Shown one piece after another: positions 37,341-39,635 of a stretch of 39,635 nt of DNA (positions are counted from its first letter, which is position 1; every line of letters starts with the position of its first letter). The position numbers were made by a program, and so were the translations under genes. This stretch comes from a virus: the IMG/VR virus record IMGVR_UViG_2799112921_000001, positions 1 through 39,635 of that record; one strand, 5' to 3'. Below the pieces are notes generated by a model. The model had not been told where the DNA came from. It saw only the letters and a program-made list of their open reading frames with translations, and ran no database searches.

Positions 37341-37540
37341 GAGAACACCTCCAAGTTTACAGCACCAGTTTTAGCATCAGTTACAGTGTATTGTTTGAAA
37401 AGTTCTCCAGGTTGAAGATCATCTAAAACCATGTACCCTGAAAGTTCATGTTTAATATCTTCAATATTATCTGCTGTGAAGACTACTTCACGGAGTACAC
37501 CAGGTACAACTTCTTTGCTGATTTCATAGCGTCCGTTCAT
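37337..37540 (-). CDS. Hypothetical protein
   Basis: 67 aa with ATGA overlaps. Confidence 0.7.
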   Translation of the reverse strand: MNGRYEISKEVVPGVLREVVFTADNIEDIKHELSGYMVLDDLQPGELFKQYTVTDAKTGAVNLEVFS

Positions 37541-37668
37541 TCGGAATCAACTCCTATTTTTGGGAGGTTGTCCGCAATTTCGAAGTATTTTATTACTATT
37601 CTGTCTTTTTCTTCATTTGTGAGATTATTAAGAATCTCCTCTTTTTTAGAGTCATCAAACTTAGTCAT
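37537..37668 (-). CDS. Small hypothetical protein (43 aa, MTKFDDSKKEEIL...), first gene of the early operon
   Basis: Manual translation; ATGA overlap with the next gene. Confidence 0.6.
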   Translation of the reverse strand: MTKFDDSKKEEILNNLTNEEKDRIVIKYFEIADNLPKIGVDSE

Positions 37669-37693
37669 TTTAATCTTTCCATTAGATTTTTTT

Positions 37694-37733
37694 AAGAATT
37701 AATTAAGAGCTGCCACTCTTAAAAAAAATTCTT
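37694..37733 (-). promoter_or_regulatory. Leader hairpin 1, loop UGGCAG on the minus strand
   Basis: AAGAATT..TTAAGAG-CTGCCA-CTCTTAA....AATTCTT on the + strand; just downstream of a minus-strand TTTATATA box (37760-37767). Confidence 0.6.
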
Positions 37734-37764
37734 GTTATTTATTAGTATGAATTAACTAATATAT

Positions 37765-37804
37765 AAAGGTTACTTTTTAGGTTTCTTTTAAAAAAGTAAT
37801 CTTT
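37765..37804. promoter_or_regulatory. Operator-like inverted repeat between divergent promoters
   Basis: aaaggttacttttt (37765-78), 12-bp spacer, aaaaagtaatcttt (37791-804): 13/14 match; flanked by TATA-like boxes on both strands. Confidence 0.6.
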
Positions 37805-37854
37805 ATTACTACCTTTTTATAAATATTAATATAAGTAAACATAGATAGGAGGTT

Positions 37855-38034
37855 ATGTTAATGTTTAATTATACATCGAAAATCAATTATGCGAACCCAA
37901 AAACCAACTCCCTTCGTGTGGGTTTACCTAAAGAAATTGTAAAACTTTTAAAAGTAGAAGCAGGTGACGTAATGGATTGGCAAGTGGATGTCACAGATGG
38001 TGAAATAACAGTAATAGCTAAAAAATTAGAATAA
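37855..38034 (+). CDS. AbrB/MazE/SpoVT-family DNA-binding protein (putative repressor)
   Basis: Manual translation MLMFNYTSKINYANPKTNSLRVGLPKEIVKLLKVEAGDVMDWQVDVTDGEITVIAKKLE; GGAGG SD; only convincing + strand gene. Confidence 0.85.
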   Translation: MLMFNYTSKINYANPKTNSLRVGLPKEIVKLLKVEAGDVMDWQVDVTDGEITVIAKKLE

Positions 38035-38198
38035 CCTTCTTTTATTATTTTTTTAAATTTTAAAACTCTTTTTTTGACGATAGCATTCGCTAATATATGG
38101 TATGGTACAACCTCTACCTGAGGACTATCAAAATTATTAAACAATAATTTTAAATAGTTTTTACATCTTACATTATAATAGGTTATGAATCTTTCCAT
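37887..38198 (-). CDS. Possible ORF overlapping the AbrB gene in antisense
   Basis: ATG 38198 downstream of hairpin 2; the 3' half is antisense to AbrB, so it may be spurious. Confidence 0.3.
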   Translation of the reverse strand: MERFITYYNVRCKNYLKLLFNNFDSPQVEVVPYHILANAIVKKRVLKFKKIIKEGYSNFLAITVISPSVTSTCQSITSPASTFKSFTISLGKPTRRELVFGFA

Positions 38199-38236
38199 TA
38201 GTATCTCTCTTGAGATTTCTAATTTTTTTATAACCT

Positions 38237-38271
38237 AGTGGGTGAGAAGCTGCCACTTCTACGACCCCACT
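38237..38271 (-). promoter_or_regulatory. Hairpin 2 with the same loop as hairpin 1
   Basis: AGTGGG..AGAAG-CTGCCA-CTTCT.....CCCACT on the + strand. Confidence 0.6.
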
Positions 38272-38465
38272 TTAATTATAAAAAATCAATTCTTTTTCTT
38301 ATTTATTATTTTATCTTATAAAGCATATAAATATTTCTATTCATTAAATAACCACATAAATAAGCATTTGTTTAATAAAATAAAATAAAATATGGTTAAT
38401 TGTTCACCACTAAAAAATGAAACACAATGTGTTTAGGAAATTAGTGTTCAACAAAAAACATGATT

Positions 38466-39635
38466 TTATAGTAGTTTGTTAATTTTACTAATTAACTCAT
38501 CACCCAGACCATCATAAATAATACGCTCCAAATTATCCTGCCTGGACCTAATATCATTAAGCTCACTTTTCAAAGTATCATTCTCACTTTGTAAATTTTC
38601 ATTCTCTTCAACAGCAACATCCAACTTCGTACGTACTTTATTAATATCCTCAACCACCAAATAAGGTAAACACTTAATATACTCTTCTTTTAACACTTCT
38701 GGTTTAATTCGTATATATGATTCATGTGCAACACCAGGAACTTTACGACCTTCCAACAAATTAATCTTATCTAAACCCATACCCGCTTCAGCTAATTGCG
38801 TAGCATGATAACGTCTCAACATATGAGGAGCAAAACGTGAATAAGTTCCAGCTTTACCTAAGCCTAATTGATCATTAACTTCTTTAAAAATTTTATTTAA
38901 ATACCTATCCTGAATTTTAAAAAGTTTATTATTCTTATTGAAATCATCTGTTCTACTGTATAAGTAATTATTAATAGATTCAACAGCCTCAGGACTGCAA
39001 AAAGTATAAAAATTTTGATTAGTTTTTTGTCTTTTCAAATAAAAAGTAGGTATAATATCTATTTCAGAATCATTCATCTTCTCAATAGCTGTGAAAATAT
39101 CATTACTATGGTGAAATTCTTTTGTAAATTTAAGATAATCTTTTATAGTGATTTTTAATGTATCTACTCGGCTAACTCCACTGCTTGACATGAATAATGT
39201 TATTGCTTTTAGTAAAGGATTTTTGATTTCAATAATATGTTTTAATAATTCACGATCAGGTAATTCATTAGGCAATATGGGTGTTGGTTTTTTCACATTA
39301 GCCATACTGAAATAAGGTAGTCGTGGAATATTTATTTCAAAATGACGGAAAATACTTAATACTGCTGTTAAGTATAATTCTGCTGTTTTTTTCATGTATT
39401 TTTCAAATAAGTATCTTCTGTAATCTATTAATATTGGTCTTAATGTACTATTTTTCCAGTTGATATTTTGTGTTTCTTCTGCATCAGCAATGTTTAGTAA
39501 TTCAGGTAGTGTTTTTCCAGTGTATTTTTCAAAGTGTGTTATGCCTCTTGTATAATTTGTTATTGTACTTTCACTGCTGTTTCTTTCATAAAAAAATTGG
39601 GATAGTATTTGGTCTGTGGTTTTCATGAATTTCAT
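38466..39635 (-). CDS. int: Tyrosine recombinase/integrase
   Basis: SSSGVSRVD (R), HMLRRYHAT (HxxR), LEGRK, ESYIR (Y); N-terminal SAM-like core-binding region; C-terminal coiled coil. Confidence 0.95.
   Translation of the reverse strand: MKFMKTTDQILSQFFYERNSSESTITNYTRGITHFEKYTGKTLPELLNIADAEETQNINWKNSTLRPILIDYRRYLFEKYMKKTAELYLTAVLSIFRHFEINIPRLPYFSMANVKKPTPILPNELPDRELLKHIIEIKNPLLKAITLFMSSSGVSRVDTLKITIKDYLKFTKEFHHSNDIFTAIEKMNDSEIDIIPTFYLKRQKTNQNFYTFCSPEAVESINNYLYSRTDDFNKNNKLFKIQDRYLNKIFKEVNDQLGLGKAGTYSRFAPHMLRRYHATQLAEAGMGLDKINLLEGRKVPGVAHESYIRIKPEVLKEEYIKCLPYLVVEDINKVRTKLDVAVEENENLQSENDTLKSELNDIRSRQDNLERIIYDGLGDELISKINKLL

Larger units (their letters stand above)
1..39635 (-). mobile_element. 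Siphovirus-like provirus of a Methanobacteriales archaeon; ends/att sites not in window
   Basis: Co-oriented integrase, early genes, terminase, portal, capsid, neck, tail tube, TMP, baseplate and fibre genes in canonical order; archaeal signatures (tRNA-Gln A1:U72, PMB-like repeats, TFB-like ribbon). Confidence 0.95.

Noticed and set aside
2684-37702. Numerous + strand ORFs and alternative-frame minus ORFs in the track (e.g. 17534..18118, 19279..19638, 29783..30016, 32329..32667)
   Set aside because: They shadow longer, motif-bearing minus-strand genes, have S/L/I/F-rich antisense composition and lack SD sites.

Overview
The whole window is an AT-rich tailed (siphovirus-like) provirus of a pseudomurein-walled methanogen (Methanobacteriales, probably Methanobrevibacter-like). 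Host evidence: pseudomurein-binding-like repeats, an archaeal A1:U72 tRNA-Gln, GGTGA/GGAGG Shine-Dalgarno sites and a TFB-type zinc ribbon. Almost all genes run on the minus strand, in this order from right to left: tyrosine integrase; an AbrB-like regulator (+ strand) with a switch region; about 25 small early genes (ERF-like annealing protein, SWIM finger, HNH nuclease, candidate iteron origin); TFB-ribbon mini-protein and tRNA-like RNAs; two membrane proteins; TerS, TerL, portal; a 1370-aa MuF protein with three effector-like domains followed by three small genes; a tRNA-like element and tRNA-Gln(UUG); protease/scaffold, capsid, neck and tail tube; tail chaperone; tape measure protein with a C-terminal Cys-His-Asp hydrolase domain; Dit- and Tal-like proteins; fibres and adhesins. 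Att sites and a stand-alone endolysin are not visible. Strongest leads: the multi-effector MuF locus, two candidate programmed +1 frameshifts, aberrant tRNA-like RNAs, and twin hairpins with an identical loop flanking the regulator. All calls come from reading motifs by eye; no searches or folding programs were run.
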